A DNA stretch of 63,814 nt, the filler included, from Octopus bimaculoides (taxonomy: Eukaryota): the NCBI RefSeq assembly GCF_001194135.2. It is 6 parts of 6 records of this genome, joined end to end, with 100 filler letters (N's around TTAATTAATTAA, not from the genome) between each part and the next. Parts side by side here need not be neighbours in the genome. Positions count along the whole stretch, not along the records: positions 60,118 to 63,814 come from NC_068984.1; 5 more parts are not named here. The stretch is one strand, 5' to 3'. Below, piece after piece: positions 63,243 through 63,814 of this stretch. Position numbers and translations under genes: made by a program. Under the pieces are notes generated by a model that was not told the origin of the DNA, did no database searches, and saw nothing but the letters and a program-made list of their open reading frames with translations. Position 1 is the first letter of the stretch, and the number at the start of each line of letters is the position of its first letter.

Positions 63243-63814
63243 TGTCAAAAATATTCAAAACAATATTGATAGTTTACTAACATTGATAGTTCCCTCAACT
63301 CTATTTCTATTATTATTTTTTTTTTCAGTACTACATTAAATTTGTTAACAGTAACTTAACTGTTGATACCTTCCCTCTTAACTGTCAACACAGCAACAGA
63401 ACATAAAGTAATTGTACTGAGTGACTTAACACTACCGCTGGTGTGGTGGCAGTGGTTTTGTCTGTATTTGTGTGACACAAGTACAAGGTATAAAGGAAGA
63501 AAGTAAGAGGGAGGAGCACTTAAGCTATTCCAGGGTATTAAGTGCAAACTCGTTGATGAAATCTGCAGTCTGTATAAAGAGTTTACATTTTTGTGCATTA
63601 CATAGTATTTTATATATATATATATATATATATTTATTTATTTATTTATTTATTTATGGGTTTCAGCCAAGTGGCTGTGGTCATGCTGGAGCACCACCGT
63701 GACTTTCCGTCTTTATGCTGTGCCCTCTTCACATTCCTTGCGTGGCTCTTCTCCTCCACCTGATATAGTCCAATCAAGAGTTTTGATATATATATATACT
63801 TTTATATATATACA

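Noticed and set aside
63329-63492. Possible transmembrane exon for the ZP gene (TTAGVVAVVLSVFV)
   Set aside because: In-frame stops on both sides, no phase-compatible acceptor, and it lies on another scaffold piece.
1-63814. CRISPR arrays, rRNA genes, prokaryotic operons
   Set aside because: None seen; regularly spaced repeats are SINE arrays or LINE UTR units in eukaryotic DNA.

Overview
AT-rich, microsatellite-saturated animal nuclear DNA whose SINE/LINE repertoire strongly suggests an octopus genome (inferred from recalled repeat families, not searched). It is not one proven contiguous locus. Five artificial 100-nt spacers (44 N + TTAATTAATTAA + 44 N) split it into six scaffold pieces, and there are many further N gaps. 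Most of the sequence is transposon-derived: at least three tRNA-derived SINE families, RTE-clade LINE fragments of three kinds (one with a PHD-like zinc finger inside the RT), R4/Dong-like LINE fragments, a decayed Naiad/Chlamys-like Penelope RT, and mariner, hAT, piggyBac-like and Helentron-like non-autonomous elements. The only well-supported host coding sequence is two phase-matched exons of a ZP-domain protein (56606-56765, 57267-57387) ending in a furin-type RIKR site; a second, unidentified four-exon chain (51283-52129) is possible. The most notable hidden structure is a set of minimal type I hammerhead ribozyme motifs at four loci. Three of them lie in direct/inverted-repeat cassettes typical of Penelope-like element termini, one cassette being an 800-bp foldback with two opposed hammerheads. 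Nearly all long ORFs in the supplied track are artefacts of N runs or microsatellites.
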